64,000 bases of DNA. It comes from Nitrospirales bacterium (GTDB lineage Bacteria > Nitrospirota > Nitrospiria > Nitrospirales > UBA8639). Positions 11,743 to 23,828 of this stretch are shown here, one piece after another. Numbering within the stretch: the stretch's first letter is position 1; each line of letters opens with the position of its first letter. The translations under genes and the position numbers were made by a program. The notes under the pieces are model-generated. The model was not told the DNA's origin. It ran no database searches and saw only the letters and a program-made list of their open reading frames with translations. The stretch lies in the NCBI GenBank assembly GCA_965203295.1, contig CBDBCZ010000019.1, forward strand, positions 2,080,001 through 2,144,000, in the 5' to 3' direction.

Positions 11743-14700
11743 CTATTTGGTGACCCCAATTTCTGCCGCACTCGTCTCTAAAGCGGGTTTCTGAACCTGG
11801 GATACCTGCACAGATTCCCCTTCTCCTTCTGAATCAATCACATCATCAATGGGTTTTGGTAAATAGGTTTCACGATAGACAGAAAATCCTGTCCCTGCAG
11901 GAATGAGCCGCCCAACGATGACATTTTCTTTTAACCCTCGAAGATCATCCACACGTCCATTAATCGCCGCCTCGGTAAGTACTCGCGTCGTTTCCTGAAA
12001 GGAAGCTCCAGAAATAAAACTGTCTGTACTCAGCGAGGCTTTCGTAATACCCAAAAGGACTGGTTTTCCAATCGCCGGCTTCCCTCCTTCGGCCATCACC
12101 CTTTCATTTTCATCCGTGAATGCAAATTTGCCGACCTGAGCCCCATGCAGGAAACAGGAGTCACCAGGATCTTCAATTCGTATCTTTCGCAGCATTTGTC
12201 GAGCAATGATTTCAATATGTTTATCGTTAATCGATACACCTTGAAGGCGATACACCTCCTGAACCTGATTCACCAAATACCGCTGCAATTCACGAGGCCC
12301 TAGGACATTGAGAATATCATGGGGATTAGCCGATCCATCCATTAAGGGTTCACCAGCTCGGACCCAATCACCTTCATGGACATTGACATGCTTACCGCGA
12401 GGAACAAAATATTCTTTGATGTCACCCATCTTATTATCCACGGTAATCTTCCGCATACCCTTCACAAACCCACCAAACGAAATTTCCCCATCGATCTCAC
12501 TGATAACGGCTTGCTCCTTAGGTCTCCTCGCTTCAAAGAGTTCGGCAACCCTGGGTAACCCTCCGGTGATATCCTTCGTCTTGGTCGTTTCTCTGGGAAT
12601 CTTGGCTAACACATCACCGGGATGCACGGTGCCGCCTTTTTCAATAAATATATGAGCCCCTACTGGCAACAAATACCGGGCTAACGATGAGGACCCTGGC
12701 ATTTTTGCCGTTTTACCTGTCTCATCTTTAATAGAAAGCCGCGGTCGCAAATTTGTTCCTGACTGCTCAATCACAACTTTTCTTGACAAACCCGTGACCT
12801 CATCAACTTCTTCTTGCATGGTGACCCCCTCTGTAATATCCCCGTAGGCCACCCTTCCTCCAACTTCGGTCAAAATCGAAAGTGAGTAGGGATCCCACTC
12901 CACAAGTTTTTGACCAACCGTCACCTTTTCCCCATCCTTGACCTTAATTTTCGCTCCATAGACTACCGGGTACTTTTCACGCTCACGTTTAGATTCATCA
13001 TAAACCGCAATTTTTCCATTTCGATGCATGACAACCCACTCTCCTTCTTTATTCTTCACTGCCATACCAGGATTATGGAAATCAGCGTTCTTTTTCGCAT
13101 CAAAGCTCAAATACCGCAAAACACCATCATGACCGGATTCAAGTACCGTTTGTTCGACAACTTTACTGGCAGTCCCTCCAATATGGAACGTTCGCATGGT
13201 GAGCTGGGTGCCAGGCTCCCCAATGGATTGGGCTGCGATCACACCAACCGGCTCTCCCATTTCCACCAATCGTCCACGCGCTAAATCGCGTCCGTAACAT
13301 TTCGCACAAACACCCCAACGCGCTTGGCACGTCAAAACAGATCGGATTTTGACCCTATCAATTCCAGATTCCACAACGGTGGCGACGGTGACTTCATCCA
13401 ATTCCTGATCACGCTTAACAATAATTTTGTCAGTGATCGGATCATGCACGTCTTCTGCGGTGAGCCTGCCAAGAATTCTTTCCTCTAAAGGTTGGACCAC
13501 TTCCCCACCTTCAACCAATGCCGAGACTTCAATACCATCTGCTGTTTGGCAATCAGGCTCAGTCACGATGACATCTTGTGAAATATCCACCAACCTCCGC
13601 GTGAGATAGCCAGAATTGGCGGTCTTGAGAGCAGTGTCAGCCAATCCCTTTCTCGCACCATGCGTGGAAATAAAGTATTGTAAAACGTTCAAGCCTTCCC
13701 GAAAGTTCGCCGTAATCGGTGTTTCGATAATTTCACCAGAGGGCTTGGCCATAAGACCTCGCATGCCCCCAAGCTGACGGATCTGCTGTGAGCTTCCTCG
13801 TGCACCTGAATCAGACATCATAAAAATCGGGTTCAGCACCTCACTTTGGCTCCGTCCTCCCCCAGAACTAATCTCCTTCATCATCTCATTTGCCACCTGC
13901 TCACTCACATGGGCCCAAATGTCTATGATTTTGTTATAGCGCTCGCCATTGGTGATGAGGCCTTCCCCATATTGGTTCTCAACTTCCCCAACCTCTTGTT
14001 GAGCTTTTTTTATAAATTCGGCTTTTCGGGTTGGGATATGCATGTTATCAATACAAATGGATACCCCGGCCCTCGTCGCGTAAGCAAATCCAAGATGTTT
14101 GAGTTTATCTAACATGACCACTGTGTCATGGAGTCCTGCCTGACGGTACACCACATCGATTAATCTGGTCATCTCCTTTTTCGTCATCAATTTATTGACA
14201 TAAGAAAAGTCAATGCCAGGAGGAAGAATTTCCCCAAGAAGCACACGACCCACTGTTGTTTCAACTAAGGAACCTTGAACTCGCATTTTAATCTTCGCCT
14301 GCTCCTCAAGTTCTTGAGCGTCATAGGCAATCCGGACTTCCTCAGGGGAAGACAACACCTTGCCTTCACCCTTCGCCCCGACTCGTTCCTGAGTCAACCA
14401 ATAACTGCCTAAGACCATATCTTGGGAAGGAATCGCCAGAGGTCGTCCGTTTGCAGGGGAAAGGACGTTGTTAATGGACATCATTAACACTCGAGCTTCA
14501 ATTTGAGCCTCAATCGAGAGCGGAACATGAACAGCCATTTGATCACCGTCGAAATCAGCATTAAAGGCAGCACATACCAACGGATGAAGTCGAATGGCCT
14601 TGCCTTCCACTAAAACAGGATCAAAAGCTTGCATGCCAAGACGATGCAGCGTCGGAGCACGGTTCAAGATGACTGGATGTTCTCGAATGACATCATCCAA

Positions 14701-15942
14701 CACATCCCACACTTCAGGACGTTCTTTTTCCACCAACCGCTTAGCACTCTTAATGGTGGTAGCCGCTCCACGCTCCTCCAATTTATGGAAGATAAACGGT
14801 TTAAAGAGTTCCAGTGCCATCTTTTTGGGAAGCCCGCATTGATTCAATTTTAACTCCGGGCCAACCACGATGACGGAACGACCAGAATAATCAACTCTTT
14901 TTCCAAGAAGGTTTTGGCGGAAACGCCCCTGCTTTCCCTTCAACATATCACTTAACGACTTTAAGGGCCGTTTGTTCGCACCTCGGATCGTCCGCCCCCT
15001 TCGTCCATTATCAAATAAAGCATCCACCGCTTCCTGGAGCATTCGCATTTCATTCCGAATGATCACCCCAGGCGCCTTCAATTCCACCAAACGCTTGAGT
15101 CGATTATTCCGATTGATCACCCGTCGATAGAGATCATTCAAATCTGATGTGGCAAAACGCCCACCATCTAAGGGCACGAGTGGACGCAACTCAGGAGGTA
15201 ACACCGGAATGACATCTACAATCATCCATTCCGGTTTATTCCCAGATTTATGAAATGCTTCGATCACTTTGAGCCACTTCGTTAATTTTTTCGTATTGAC
15301 CGCGGAAGTCGTGGTTCTGACCTTTTCATGGCGTTCATTCCATAACCCCTCGATATCAATCTTCCGTAACAATTCTCGAATCGCCTCTGCACCAATCCCG
15401 ACTCGGAACGCATCACTTCCATATTCATCTACGCATTCTCGATATTTTTCCTCAGTAAGGAGTTCCTTTTCACGTAGTGGCGTAGAGCCAGGATCAACCA
15501 CTACATAGGCTTCAAAATATAAAATTTTCTCCAACTGCTTGAGGCTCATATCCAAAAGAATACCGATTCGACTAGGAACACCTTTTAAAAACCAGATGTG
15601 GGCCACTGAGGCGGCTAATTCAATATGCCCCATCCTCTCACGTCTGACCTTGGATTGGATGACCTCAACTCCACACTTATCACACACAATTCCTCGATGT
15701 TTCATCCGTTTATATTTTCCACAATTGCATTCCCAATCCTTTGTCGGCCCAAAAATCTTGGCGCAAAACAATCCGTCTTTTTCCGGCTTAAACGAGCGGT
15801 AATTGATAGTTTCGGGTTTTTTGACCTCCCCATATGACCACGAGCGAATCTTTTCTGGCGAGGCAATCCGAATCCTCATTGCATCAAAAGAAACGGCATC
15901 ACGTGGCTTTTCAAAGAGCGCATAGATATTGTCCAAGGTCAT
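11743..15942 (-). CDS. rpoC: RNA polymerase beta' subunit
   Basis: NADFDGD catalytic motif, N-terminal Zn finger, 1399 aa. Confidence 0.99.
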   Translation of the reverse strand: MTLDNIYALFEKPRDAVSFDAMRIRIASPEKIRSWSYGEVKKPETINYRSFKPEKDGLFCAKIFGPTKDWECNCGKYKRMKHRGIVCDKCGVEVIQSKVRRERMGHIELAASVAHIWFLKGVPSRIGILLDMSLKQLEKILYFEAYVVVDPGSTPLREKELLTEEKYRECVDEYGSDAFRVGIGAEAIRELLRKIDIEGLWNERHEKVRTTTSAVNTKKLTKWLKVIEAFHKSGNKPEWMIVDVIPVLPPELRPLVPLDGGRFATSDLNDLYRRVINRNNRLKRLVELKAPGVIIRNEMRMLQEAVDALFDNGRRGRTIRGANKRPLKSLSDMLKGKQGRFRQNLLGKRVDYSGRSVIVVGPELKLNQCGLPKKMALELFKPFIFHKLEERGAATTIKSAKRLVEKERPEVWDVLDDVIREHPVILNRAPTLHRLGMQAFDPVLVEGKAIRLHPLVCAAFNADFDGDQMAVHVPLSIEAQIEARVLMMSINNVLSPANGRPLAIPSQDMVLGSYWLTQERVGAKGEGKVLSSPEEVRIAYDAQELEEQAKIKMRVQGSLVETTVGRVLLGEILPPGIDFSYVNKLMTKKEMTRLIDVVYRQAGLHDTVVMLDKLKHLGFAYATRAGVSICIDNMHIPTRKAEFIKKAQQEVGEVENQYGEGLITNGERYNKIIDIWAHVSEQVANEMMKEISSGGGRSQSEVLNPIFMMSDSGARGSSQQIRQLGGMRGLMAKPSGEIIETPITANFREGLNVLQYFISTHGARKGLADTALKTANSGYLTRRLVDISQDVIVTEPDCQTADGIEVSALVEGGEVVQPLEERILGRLTAEDVHDPITDKIIVKRDQELDEVTVATVVESGIDRVKIRSVLTCQARWGVCAKCYGRDLARGRLVEMGEPVGVIAAQSIGEPGTQLTMRTFHIGGTASKVVEQTVLESGHDGVLRYLSFDAKKNADFHNPGMAVKNKEGEWVVMHRNGKIAVYDESKREREKYPVVYGAKIKVKDGEKVTVGQKLVEWDPYSLSILTEVGGRVAYGDITEGVTMQEEVDEVTGLSRKVVIEQSGTNLRPRLSIKDETGKTAKMPGSSSLARYLLPVGAHIFIEKGGTVHPGDVLAKIPRETTKTKDITGGLPRVAELFEARRPKEQAVISEIDGEISFGGFVKGMRKITVDNKMGDIKEYFVPRGKHVNVHEGDWVRAGEPLMDGSANPHDILNVLGPRELQRYLVNQVQEVYRLQGVSINDKHIEIIARQMLRKIRIEDPGDSCFLHGAQVGKFAFTDENERVMAEGGKPAIGKPVLLGITKASLSTDSFISGASFQETTRVLTEAAINGRVDDLRGLKENVIVGRLIPAGTGFSVYRETYLPKPIDDVIDSEGEGESVQVSQVQKPALETSAAEIGVTK

Positions 15943-15975
15943 CCTCTCCGGTTTAAATTCATTGCTTCCAACATA

Positions 15976-16003
15976 ATTTCTTGTTCGCTATTTCTTGTTC
16001 GCT
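15976..16003. repeat. 14-bp perfect tandem duplication
   Basis: ATTTCTTGTTCGCT twice in a row. Confidence 0.9.
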
Positions 16004-16308
16004 AACAAGCCGTTGAAAAGTCAAGGTGTTCATGTTTGGGGTTCTTCATGAAGAAGCCAATATCACGCAAAAATCTCGCGAGCGTTTTTAAAAGGCCTAT
16101 CCATCGAGGATTGAACTCCAAGCCTCCCAATCATGACCGTCCCCGGGGAGTCCATCCCGGGGACAACCCCAGAGGATTGAGCCTTGTCATTCCCAAAGCG
16201 AGAGCACCCCTTCAAACATCTCTCACGCTAAGAGGGGAAATCTACTCTCAGCGTGCTAGACCACAAAAAGCGAGGGGAGCGAGTGATACGAGAGACTTCT
16301 TAAACAAC
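16002..16308. mobile_element. Probable degenerate MITE-like element between rpoB and rpoC
   Basis: Begins CTAACAAGCCGTTGAAAAG, resembling the 42734 element end; internal hairpins such as GTCCCCGGG/CCCGGGGAC. Confidence 0.4.
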
Positions 16309-19300
16309 CTACGAATCATTTGATTTCATCAACTCAACATCAAGACCGAGGCTTTGGAGTTCTTTAACCAAAACGTTAAAGGACTCAGGCAGCCCTGGCT
16401 CCAAAAAGTTTTCTCCCTTAACCACAGCCTCGTACATTCGAGACCGGCCAGGGACATCATCGGACTTGACAGTGAGAAACTCTTGAAGGGTTGAAGCCGC
16501 CCCGTAGGCCTGAAGCGCCCAGACTTCCATTTCGCCTAAGCGCTGACCGCCAAATTGAGCTTTTCCACCTAACGGTTGTTGGGTCACCAACGAATAGGGC
16601 CCGATTGATCTCGCGTGGATTTTATCGTCTACTAAGTGATGGAGCTTCATCATATACACATAGCCAACGGTCACAGGGCTTTTAAAAGATTCTCCAGTTC
16701 GGCCATCATACACGAGAGATTGCCCGGACTCTGGCAAGGCGGCTTTTTTCAATAACTCTTTAATCTCCTTTTCCGTGGCTCCATCAAACACAGGGCTAGC
16801 CATGTGAAGGCCCAAAGCTTTGGCCGCCCATCCCAAGTGCGTTTCCAAAATCTGCCCTACATTCATTCGGGAAGGTACGCCAAGAGGATTGAGAACAATT
16901 TCTATGGGAGTGCCGTCTGGCAAGTAGGGCATATCCTCATCCGGAAGGATCCGAGAAACCACTCCCTTGTTGCCATGGCGGCCAGCCATTTTGTCCCCGA
17001 CCGAAATCTTCCGTTTGATCGCCAAATACACTTTAACCAACTTAATCACACCAGGAGGCAATTCATCTCCTCGTCTCAATCGCCCAACCTTTTCGTCGTA
17101 AGAGGTTTGCAATAATTCAAACTGGTCTTTGGTTGCTTGCTCAATTTCCTCAAGTTTCTTTTGCTCATCTATGTCCCCGAGGATGACTCGTCGCACATCA
17201 TCATTGCCTAGCCTCCTCAACACCTCGGCAGTAATTTTCCCTTTTTTCTTCAGAATCACTTCTCCGTGTTCCGGATCCATGAGATCCCGACCAACAACCT
17301 GACCCAGCAAGAGTTTCCGAATTCTCTTATTTCGTTCTTCATCAATAATGCGAAGCTCATCCTGGTAATTCCGCTCAATCTTTACCCGATCCTCGGATTC
17401 AATCGTTTTCGATCGCTCATCTTTATCCATTCCTTTTCGGGAAAAGATCTTGACATCGACGACAATGCCCTCAATCCCTGGGGGGACTTGAAGTGACGTA
17501 TCTTTCACATCACCAGCCTTTTCCCCAAAAATGGCCCGCAACAGTTTTTCTTCCGGGGTCAATTGGGTTTCACCCTTTGGGGTCACCTTCCCAACCAATA
17601 TGTCCCCGGCTTTGACTTCAGCTCCAATCCTGACAATCCCACTTTCATCAAGACTCCGCAGTGTTTCTTCCCCTAAATTAGGAATATCTCTGGTGATCTC
17701 TTCCTTTCCAAGTTTAGTATCTCTCGCTTCAACCTCAAACTCTTCAATATGAATGGAGGTAAAGGTATCCTCTCTGACGAGTTTTTCACTAATAAGTATG
17801 GCATCTTCGAAGTTGTATCCACCCCAAGGCATGAATCCCACGAGGACGTTCTTACCTAACGCTAATTCACCTCGATCAATCGCTGGACCATCAGCCAGGA
17901 CCTGCCCAACTCTTACGGGCTGTCCGACCCGAACGATAGGTGTTTGGGTAACACACGTATTTTGATTCGTCCGCTGAAATTTCACGAGGTCATAGGTATC
18001 TAAAACACGACTACCTTTCCGTTTGCCATCCTCCTTTTCTTCGGGCAACCCTGTCCTGACCACAATTCGTCTTGCGTCAACACTCTCAACCACCCCGCTC
18101 CGTTTTGCTTGTTCGACATACCCGGAATCCCGAGCCACCACAGCTTCAATACCCGTCCCCACCAACGGTGCATCATTTTGAATGAGAGGAACGGCTTGGC
18201 GTTGCATATTGGATCCCATCAACGCCCGATTGGCATCATCATGTTCTAAAAACGGAATCAGCGCCGTGGCGACACTCACCACTTGCTTGGGCGACACATC
18301 CAAGTAATCGACCTTATCAGGAGAGACAGTAATAAATTCCCCATCATACCGGGCTATCACGGTGTCTGTTACGATTCGCCCACTCCCATCCAACTTTGAA
18401 TTTGCCTGAGCGATGACATACCGAGCCCCTTCCAGAGGAGAAAGAAACTCCACCTCATCCGTAACCCGTCCTTTTCGAAACTTTCGGAACGGGGCCTCGA
18501 TGAATCCGAATTCATTAATTTGAGCGAAGGTTGCCAATGAGGTGATCAGACCAATGTTGGGACCTTCAGGAGTTTCAATTGGGCAAATCCGACTATAATG
18601 GGAGGGATGGACGTCGCGAACTTCAAAGCCTGCTCGCTCTCGAGTTAAGCCACCTGGACCTAATGCCGACAACCGTCGCTTATGAGTAATTTCTGCGAGC
18701 GGGTTCGTCTGATCCATGAACTGCGATAACTGGCTTCCAGCGAAAAACTCTTTAATGGCCGCAACGATAGGCTTGGCGTTGATGAGGTCATGAGGAAGGG
18801 CTGTATCCATATCGAGTAAATTCATTCGCTCTTTAATACTGCGTTCCATTCTGGCCAATCCAATACGGATTTGGTTTTCCAAGAGTTCCCCCACCGACCG
18901 AACCCGTCGATTCCCTAAATGGTCGATATCATCGACTTCCCCTTTCCCCATTTTTAAATTCACAAGGCACCTGATGACTTCCACCACATCCTGAGGGGTT
19001 AACACCCTTTGGTCCAGCGATAAATCCATATCAAGCCGATTATTCATTTTTAATCGCCCGACGGGGGAAAGATCATAGCGCTTGGGGTTCTTGAAGAGAT
19101 TCTCAAACAACAACTGGGCAGATTCCACAGAGGGCATTTCACCAGGTCTCAAGCGTTTGTAAATTTCAACCCAAGCTTCTTCTTTAGAATTCGTTTTCTC
19201 CGCATCAAGGGTGTTGAGAATTACAGGGGTCACAGTCGTGCTATCCAGGTAAATAACTTTGAAGCTGTCAACACGGCTCGCCAAAATTTTCTCGATTGAG

Positions 19301-20283
19301 GGAAGGTCTAGTCGTTGTTTTTTTTCAAGGAGTAATTCACCTGTCCCAGGATCAACCAGGTCCGTCAAAACCGCCCGACCCACCAATTCCTCAGGTTTCA
19401 AAGGCAATTCCTTGATACCCGACGCCTTTAATTTCCCCATCAGCCCCTTTGTGATTTTAACGCCTTCCCGAAGAAGAGGCTCCCTTCCACCTTTTTCAAA
19501 CACTTCAGCGGAAGTTCGAAGCCCCGTGTGCAACTCTGAGGCAAGCTTTCTCAATAAGCGCTCTCCGATGACCCGAATCTCTTCGACTGGATAATACATT
19601 CTCAAGAGATCATCACCGGAATGACCGAACGCTTTCAGGAGAATCGTGGCCGGCATTTTCCGCCTTCGGTCGATCCGAACATAGAGAATGTCCCGAGCGT
19701 CAAACTCAAAATCCAACCAAGACCCTCTATAAGGTATGATTCGAGCCGAGTAGAGGACCTTCCCGCTTGAATGAGTTCGCCCTTTGTCATGACTAAACGA
19801 AGACCCAGGAGATCGATGAAGTTGACTCACGACCACCCGCTCTGTTCCATTAATGATGAAAGTTCCTCGGTCAGTCATTAACGGGAGTTCCCCGATGTAG
19901 ACTTCCTGCTCCCTGACATCCAACACTTTGTTCTTGACGCCTTTTTCTTGAGTGTCAAACACCACCAAACGAATCTTGAGTTTGAGAGGAGCCGCATAGG
20001 TCATCCCCTGCTCCCAACATTCTCGCAAATCATATTTGGGAACCCCTAAGGAATAACTCGAAAACTCAAGCAAAGCCGTATTGTTGTAATCAGTGATAGG
20101 AAACACACTCTTCAATGCTGATTGGAGTCCTTTTTCCTTTCGCCGTTCAGGCTCCACATTTCCCTGAAGAAATTCTTCATAAGAACGCTTTTGAACGTCG
20201 ACCAAATCCGGAATATCAATCGTCGATTTAATTTTCGAGAAATCTTTTCGGTGGATGATCTCTGACTGAGATACTTGGGCCAT
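16309..20283 (-). CDS. rpoB: RNA polymerase beta subunit
   Basis: [24 protein letters not shown] 20283 preceded by AAGGAG. Confidence 0.99.
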   Translation of the reverse strand: MAQVSQSEIIHRKDFSKIKSTIDIPDLVDVQKRSYEEFLQGNVEPERRKEKGLQSALKSVFPITDYNNTALLEFSSYSLGVPKYDLRECWEQGMTYAAPLKLKIRLVVFDTQEKGVKNKVLDVREQEVYIGELPLMTDRGTFIINGTERVVVSQLHRSPGSSFSHDKGRTHSSGKVLYSARIIPYRGSWLDFEFDARDILYVRIDRRRKMPATILLKAFGHSGDDLLRMYYPVEEIRVIGERLLRKLASELHTGLRTSAEVFEKGGREPLLREGVKITKGLMGKLKASGIKELPLKPEELVGRAVLTDLVDPGTGELLLEKKQRLDLPSIEKILASRVDSFKVIYLDSTTVTPVILNTLDAEKTNSKEEAWVEIYKRLRPGEMPSVESAQLLFENLFKNPKRYDLSPVGRLKMNNRLDMDLSLDQRVLTPQDVVEVIRCLVNLKMGKGEVDDIDHLGNRRVRSVGELLENQIRIGLARMERSIKERMNLLDMDTALPHDLINAKPIVAAIKEFFAGSQLSQFMDQTNPLAEITHKRRLSALGPGGLTRERAGFEVRDVHPSHYSRICPIETPEGPNIGLITSLATFAQINEFGFIEAPFRKFRKGRVTDEVEFLSPLEGARYVIAQANSKLDGSGRIVTDTVIARYDGEFITVSPDKVDYLDVSPKQVVSVATALIPFLEHDDANRALMGSNMQRQAVPLIQNDAPLVGTGIEAVVARDSGYVEQAKRSGVVESVDARRIVVRTGLPEEKEDGKRKGSRVLDTYDLVKFQRTNQNTCVTQTPIVRVGQPVRVGQVLADGPAIDRGELALGKNVLVGFMPWGGYNFEDAILISEKLVREDTFTSIHIEEFEVEARDTKLGKEEITRDIPNLGEETLRSLDESGIVRIGAEVKAGDILVGKVTPKGETQLTPEEKLLRAIFGEKAGDVKDTSLQVPPGIEGIVVDVKIFSRKGMDKDERSKTIESEDRVKIERNYQDELRIIDEERNKRIRKLLLGQVVGRDLMDPEHGEVILKKKGKITAEVLRRLGNDDVRRVILGDIDEQKKLEEIEQATKDQFELLQTSYDEKVGRLRRGDELPPGVIKLVKVYLAIKRKISVGDKMAGRHGNKGVVSRILPDEDMPYLPDGTPIEIVLNPLGVPSRMNVGQILETHLGWAAKALGLHMASPVFDGATEKEIKELLKKAALPESGQSLVYDGRTGESFKSPVTVGYVYMMKLHHLVDDKIHARSIGPYSLVTQQPLGGKAQFGGQRLGEMEVWALQAYGAASTLQEFLTVKSDDVPGRSRMYEAVVKGENFLEPGLPESFNVLVKELQSLGLDVELMKSNDS

Positions 20284-20369
20284 GCCGAACTCCTTACCCT
20301 TCAATCGCGTTAACACATCCTCGATGAACAACCCAAATGGTTGCCTACCTTATCGCACTCGCTCAACCG

Positions 20370-20762
20370 TTACTTCACTTCCACGGTTGCCCCAGCCTCT
20401 TGGAGCTTCTTTTGAATCGTGTCAGTCTCCTCCTTCGAGATACCCTCTTTGACTGGCTTGGGAGTCCCTTCAACCAAATCTTTGGCTTCTTTGAGTCCAA
20501 GTCCGGTCAACTCCCGGATGACTTTAATCACTTGAATCTTCTTATCTGTGGGAAAACTGGCCAAAATGACATCGAATGAATCTTTTTCTTCGGCTGCCGG
20601 CGCTGCTGCACCTGGTGCCGCTGCAACAGCGACTGGAGCAGCAGCGGTCACACCAAACCGCTCTTCTAGTCCTTTCACTAAATCTGAGAGTTCCAACACA
20701 CTCATCCCCTCAACAGCCGTAATAAATTCCTCTTTTGATAACTTTGTCCCTCCCGTTGCCAT
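20370..20762 (-). CDS. rplL: 50S ribosomal protein L7/L12 (internal in-frame start)
   Basis: [18 protein letters not shown], Ala-rich hinge, [15 protein letters not shown] 20762 preceded by AAAGGAG. Confidence 0.93.
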   Translation of the reverse strand: MATGGTKLSKEEFITAVEGMSVLELSDLVKGLEERFGVTAAAPVAVAAAPGAAAPAAEEKDSFDVILASFPTDKKIQVIKVIRELTGLGLKEAKDLVEGTPKPVKEGISKEETDTIQKKLQEAGATVEVK

Positions 20763-21296
20763 TTGGCTTTCTCCTTTCTTTTTTTCTTGAATCGCTGCCA
20801 AGATTGCCACCAATCCGCGATTTAACTCGTTTAAGACCCCTACGAGCCCACGAACGGGACCTTGCAGGGCCGAAAGCAACATGGAAAGCATCTCAGATTT
20901 CGATGGCAGATCGGCAATCTCAATAATTTTGGACGGCAGGAGAGTATTGCCCTCCAAGAATCCACCCCGATATCGAATTTTCTCTTCACACTTTTCATTT
21001 CGAATAAAATCCCGCAAAATTTTGGCAGGCAAAACAGGGTCATCATATCCAACTACCACCGCTGTCTGGCCTTTAAACAGATCTTTAATCGAGGAGAAAG
21101 GCGTGCCCTCGACTCCTCGAATGGCCATAGTATTTTTGACAACCTTCAACTCAGCCTGGGCACCACGTAATTGCCGCCGCAAGCCTGTCACCTGATTCAC
21201 AGAAATGCTTGAGCATTCGGTCAAAACAGCCATCTTGGCTCTTGAAAACATCTCATGGAGATCTGCTACTGCTTCAGCCTTTTCTTCCTTTTTCAT
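20370..21296 (-). CDS. rplJ: In-frame L10-L7/L12 fusion ORF (308 aa); the L10 part is 20763..21296
   Basis: MKKEEK...LRRQLR...VVKNT...[18 protein letters not shown] continues through KKKGESQ into MATGG... with no stop codon. Confidence 0.9.
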   Translation of the reverse strand: MKKEEKAEAVADLHEMFSRAKMAVLTECSSISVNQVTGLRRQLRGAQAELKVVKNTMAIRGVEGTPFSSIKDLFKGQTAVVVGYDDPVLPAKILRDFIRNEKCEEKIRYRGGFLEGNTLLPSKIIEIADLPSKSEMLSMLLSALQGPVRGLVGVLNELNRGLVAILAAIQEKKKGESQMATGGTKLSKEEFITAVEGMSVLELSDLVKGLEERFGVTAAAPVAVAAAPGAAAPAAEEKDSFDVILASFPTDKKIQVIKVIRELTGLGLKEAKDLVEGTPKPVKEGISKEETDTIQKKLQEAGATVEVK

Positions 21297-21330
21297 AGAC
21301 CACACCCTTCCCAGAACACTCAACGCACAT

Positions 21331-22023
21331 TTAATCAAATTGGCGGGCGATCGCGGCACTATCTAGAGAAACACCAGGCCCCATCGTCGCAGACAAGGTC
21401 AAACTTTTGACGTATTTACCTTTACTCGATGATGGTTTTGCCTTCACCACGGAGTCAAACACCGCTTTGGCATTATCAGATATTTGCTGCCCAGAAAAAG
21501 AGACTTTACCGATAGGGACATGAAGAATACCGGCTTTATCAACCTTGTACTCCACCCGACCTTTTCGAATTTCTTGGATTGCCTTTGCGACCTCAAACGT
21601 CACTGTTCCAGTTTTGGGGTTGGGCATAAGCCCACGAGGGCCTAAGATTTTGCCAAGTTTTCCCACTGATGCCATTAAGTCTGGAGTTGAAATAGCATGG
21701 TCAAAATCCAACCAACCCCCTTTGACTTTTTCCATGACGTTATCAGCTCCAACATAATCGGCACCGGCCTCTCGTGCCTGCTGCTCCTTTTCCCCTTTTG
21801 CAAAAACCAAGATGCGAACCGTTTTTCCGCTTCCATGGGGAAGCACTGTGGTGCCTCGGACCATTTGATCTGCCCGTTTGGGATCGACCCCAAGCCGAAT
21901 AACCAACTCAACCGTCTCATCAAATTTGGCAAACGCAAGGCGCTTGACAAGCTCCCCAGCCTCTTCTAACCCATAGGGATTTGCTTCAACCTTGGAAGCC
22001 GCGTCATTTAACTTCTTACCCAC
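21331..22023 (-). CDS. rplA: 50S ribosomal protein L1
   Basis: [22 protein letters not shown]; probable GTG start at 22023. Confidence 0.98.
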   Translation of the reverse strand: MGKKLNDAASKVEANPYGLEEAGELVKRLAFAKFDETVELVIRLGVDPKRADQMVRGTTVLPHGSGKTVRILVFAKGEKEQQAREAGADYVGADNVMEKVKGGWLDFDHAISTPDLMASVGKLGKILGPRGLMPNPKTGTVTFEVAKAIQEIRKGRVEYKVDKAGILHVPIGKVSFSGQQISDNAKAVFDSVVKAKPSSSKGKYVKSLTLSATMGPGVSLDSAAIARQFD

Positions 22024-22062
22024 GCCATCACCTCTTTCGTTCAAATTTGGAATTCCGGCAAA

Positions 22063-22488
22063 TCATCCCAAAACCGTAATGCCCATACTTCGGGCCGTTC
22101 CTTCGATTATCTTCATAGCCCCTTCGATATCAACCGCATTGAGATCTTCCATTTTCTTCTTAGAAATCTCCTCGAGTTGGGCACGGGAGACTTGCCCAAC
22201 CTTGTCCTTTTGCGGAACTCCCGATCCCTTGATAATCCCAGCAGCCTTTTTCAACAGATCCGTGGCTGGAGGCGTTTTCGTCACAAAAGTAAAACTTCGA
22301 TCTTTGTAGACAGAGATGACCACAGGGATAATGCTACCTTCTTGCTTTTGTGTCTTGGCATTAAATTGCTTACAAAAATCCATGATATTGACGCCATGCT
22401 GCCCAAGGGAAGGTCCAACAGGAGGTGCGGGATTTGCCTTAGCAGCTGGAATCTGTAATTTAATTTGAGTTACAACTTCTTTTGCCAT
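22063..22488 (-). CDS. rplK: 50S ribosomal protein L11
   Basis: [22 protein letters not shown]. Confidence 0.99.
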   Translation of the reverse strand: MAKEVVTQIKLQIPAAKANPAPPVGPSLGQHGVNIMDFCKQFNAKTQKQEGSIIPVVISVYKDRSFTFVTKTPPATDLLKKAAGIIKGSGVPQKDKVGQVSRAQLEEISKKKMEDLNAVDIEGAMKIIEGTARSMGITVLG

Positions 22489-22610
22489 TGTCCCTCTCTT
22501 ACCTGTCTCTTACCTGTTTAAGATGTCAAACAAAAGGATTTCTCGTGTGCAATCCATGTAACTATTTATTGAAGCCTCCCTACCCTACTCTTTATTCGCA
22601 CCCAATGAAA

Positions 22611-23147
22611 TCAGGTCCGTTCCACCTGCGAGAACACAAGCTCGACCGGAGTCGCACGACCAAATATACTGACCAAGGCTTTGAGACGACTGTGGTCTGA
22701 GTCAACTTCATCGATAAGACCATTGAATCCCATAAAAGGCCCATCAACAATTCGAATTTGGTCACCCTTTGAAAAAAATATTTGTTCCCTCGGCGTAGCC
22801 ACTCCAGACTCAAGTTGCTTTAAAAGAGAATCTACTTCCTCCTCAGACAAAGGAATCGGCCGTGTTCCCCCACCGACAAAACCCGTCACCTTTGGGGTCT
22901 CCTTCACCATCAATACCGTTTCATCATTGACAGGGGATTCCAATTCAACCAAGACATAGCCAGGGAAAAACTTACGCTTCGAAGCACGCCGTTTCCCATC
23001 TTTAATTTCAATGACATCCTCTGTAGGCACAAGAATCTCTCCCAATTGATCCTGCAAGCTCATTTGGTTGGCCCGTTCCGTTAGAGTGGTCTTTACCCGA
23101 CCCTCAAATCCAACATAGGTATGAATGACAAACCAGTTCTTGGCCAT
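22611..23147 (-). CDS. nusG: Transcription factor NusG
   Basis: FFPGYVLV, KOW domain, IFGRATPVEL. Confidence 0.98.
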   Translation of the reverse strand: MAKNWFVIHTYVGFEGRVKTTLTERANQMSLQDQLGEILVPTEDVIEIKDGKRRASKRKFFPGYVLVELESPVNDETVLMVKETPKVTGFVGGGTRPIPLSEEEVDSLLKQLESGVATPREQIFFSKGDQIRIVDGPFMGFNGLIDEVDSDHSRLKALVSIFGRATPVELVFSQVERT

Positions 23148-23166
23148 ACGCAATCACCAACCAGTC

Positions 23167-23361
23167 TTAAATGACCTGCCTCACAAGCCACACCAAAACG
23201 GAATCGACAAAGGACAAATAGAGAGACATGATGACGCAAAAAACCAAAACTACTGAAGTGGACCCAATGGTTTCGGCTTTTGTTGGATAGGAAACTTTTT
23301 TTAATTCCCCTTTTACATCAGACAAAAATTCAACAATGGTGGCCCACAATTTGTTAATCAT
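23167..23361 (-). CDS. secE: Preprotein translocase SecE
   Basis: ELKKVSYP followed by one hydrophobic helix; upstream of nusG. Confidence 0.95.
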   Translation of the reverse strand: MINKLWATIVEFLSDVKGELKKVSYPTKAETIGSTSVVLVFCVIMSLYLSFVDSVLVWLVRQVI

Positions 23362-23424
23362 ACTATCGGCTCACCTTCTACAGAAATTGGATTGCCCCAT
23401 CGTCAGCCACATTGAAGCATAAAA

Positions 23425-23500
23425 TGGCAGGGGCACCAGGATTCGAACCCGGACCAACGGTTTTGGAGACCGCCATGCTAGCCGTTAACACCATGCCCCT
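23425..23500 (-). tRNA. tRNA-Trp (CCA)
   Basis: AGGGGCA...CTCCAAA anticodon loop...GTTCGAATC...TGCCCCTGCCA, 76 nt. Confidence 0.97.
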
Positions 23501-23601
23501 AGCTTGGTTGTCGATCAAACGCCGCCACACATTCCCTCTCGGCTTTGCTGGTTCACTTTTTTGAAGCAGTAAGGACCTCTCATTCCTAGGGAACAATCGG
23601 G

Positions 23602-23751
23602 CTATTTCACTTCTTTGTGGGAAACATGTTTTCGACAAAACCAACAATACCTTCTCAGTTCAAGGCGGTCGGGATCGTTCTTTTTATTTTTCATCGTAGA
23701 GTAATTACGTCGCTTACAGTCCCCACATGCTAGAGTGATGATCACACGCAT
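23602..23751 (-). CDS. rpmG: 50S ribosomal protein L33, Zn-binding type (missed by the ORF track)
   Basis: Manual translation [49 protein letters not shown], 49 aa; GGAGGG RBS. Confidence 0.96.
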   Translation of the reverse strand: MRVIITLACGDCKRRNYSTMKNKKNDPDRLELRRYCWFCRKHVSHKEVK

Positions 23752-23828
23752 GGCATCCCTCCAATAGCCACCAACACCCGATAATCAAAGCCTTTCAGTC
23801 GAATCCGAATCCGCTGGTCCATACTCAT
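23742..23828 (-). pseudogene. Truncated duplicate of the rpsJ 5' end (19 S10 codons plus 9 unrelated codons)
   Basis: [19 protein letters not shown] then VAIGGMPCV*; the ORF end overlaps the rpmG start. Confidence 0.8.

Noticed and set aside
20779..20785. Homopolymer error in the A7 run as the explanation for the rplJ-rplL fusion
   Set aside because: Both alternative frames stay open past the rplL ATG, so one indel does not restore a separate rplJ. A CAA/TAA substitution remains possible.
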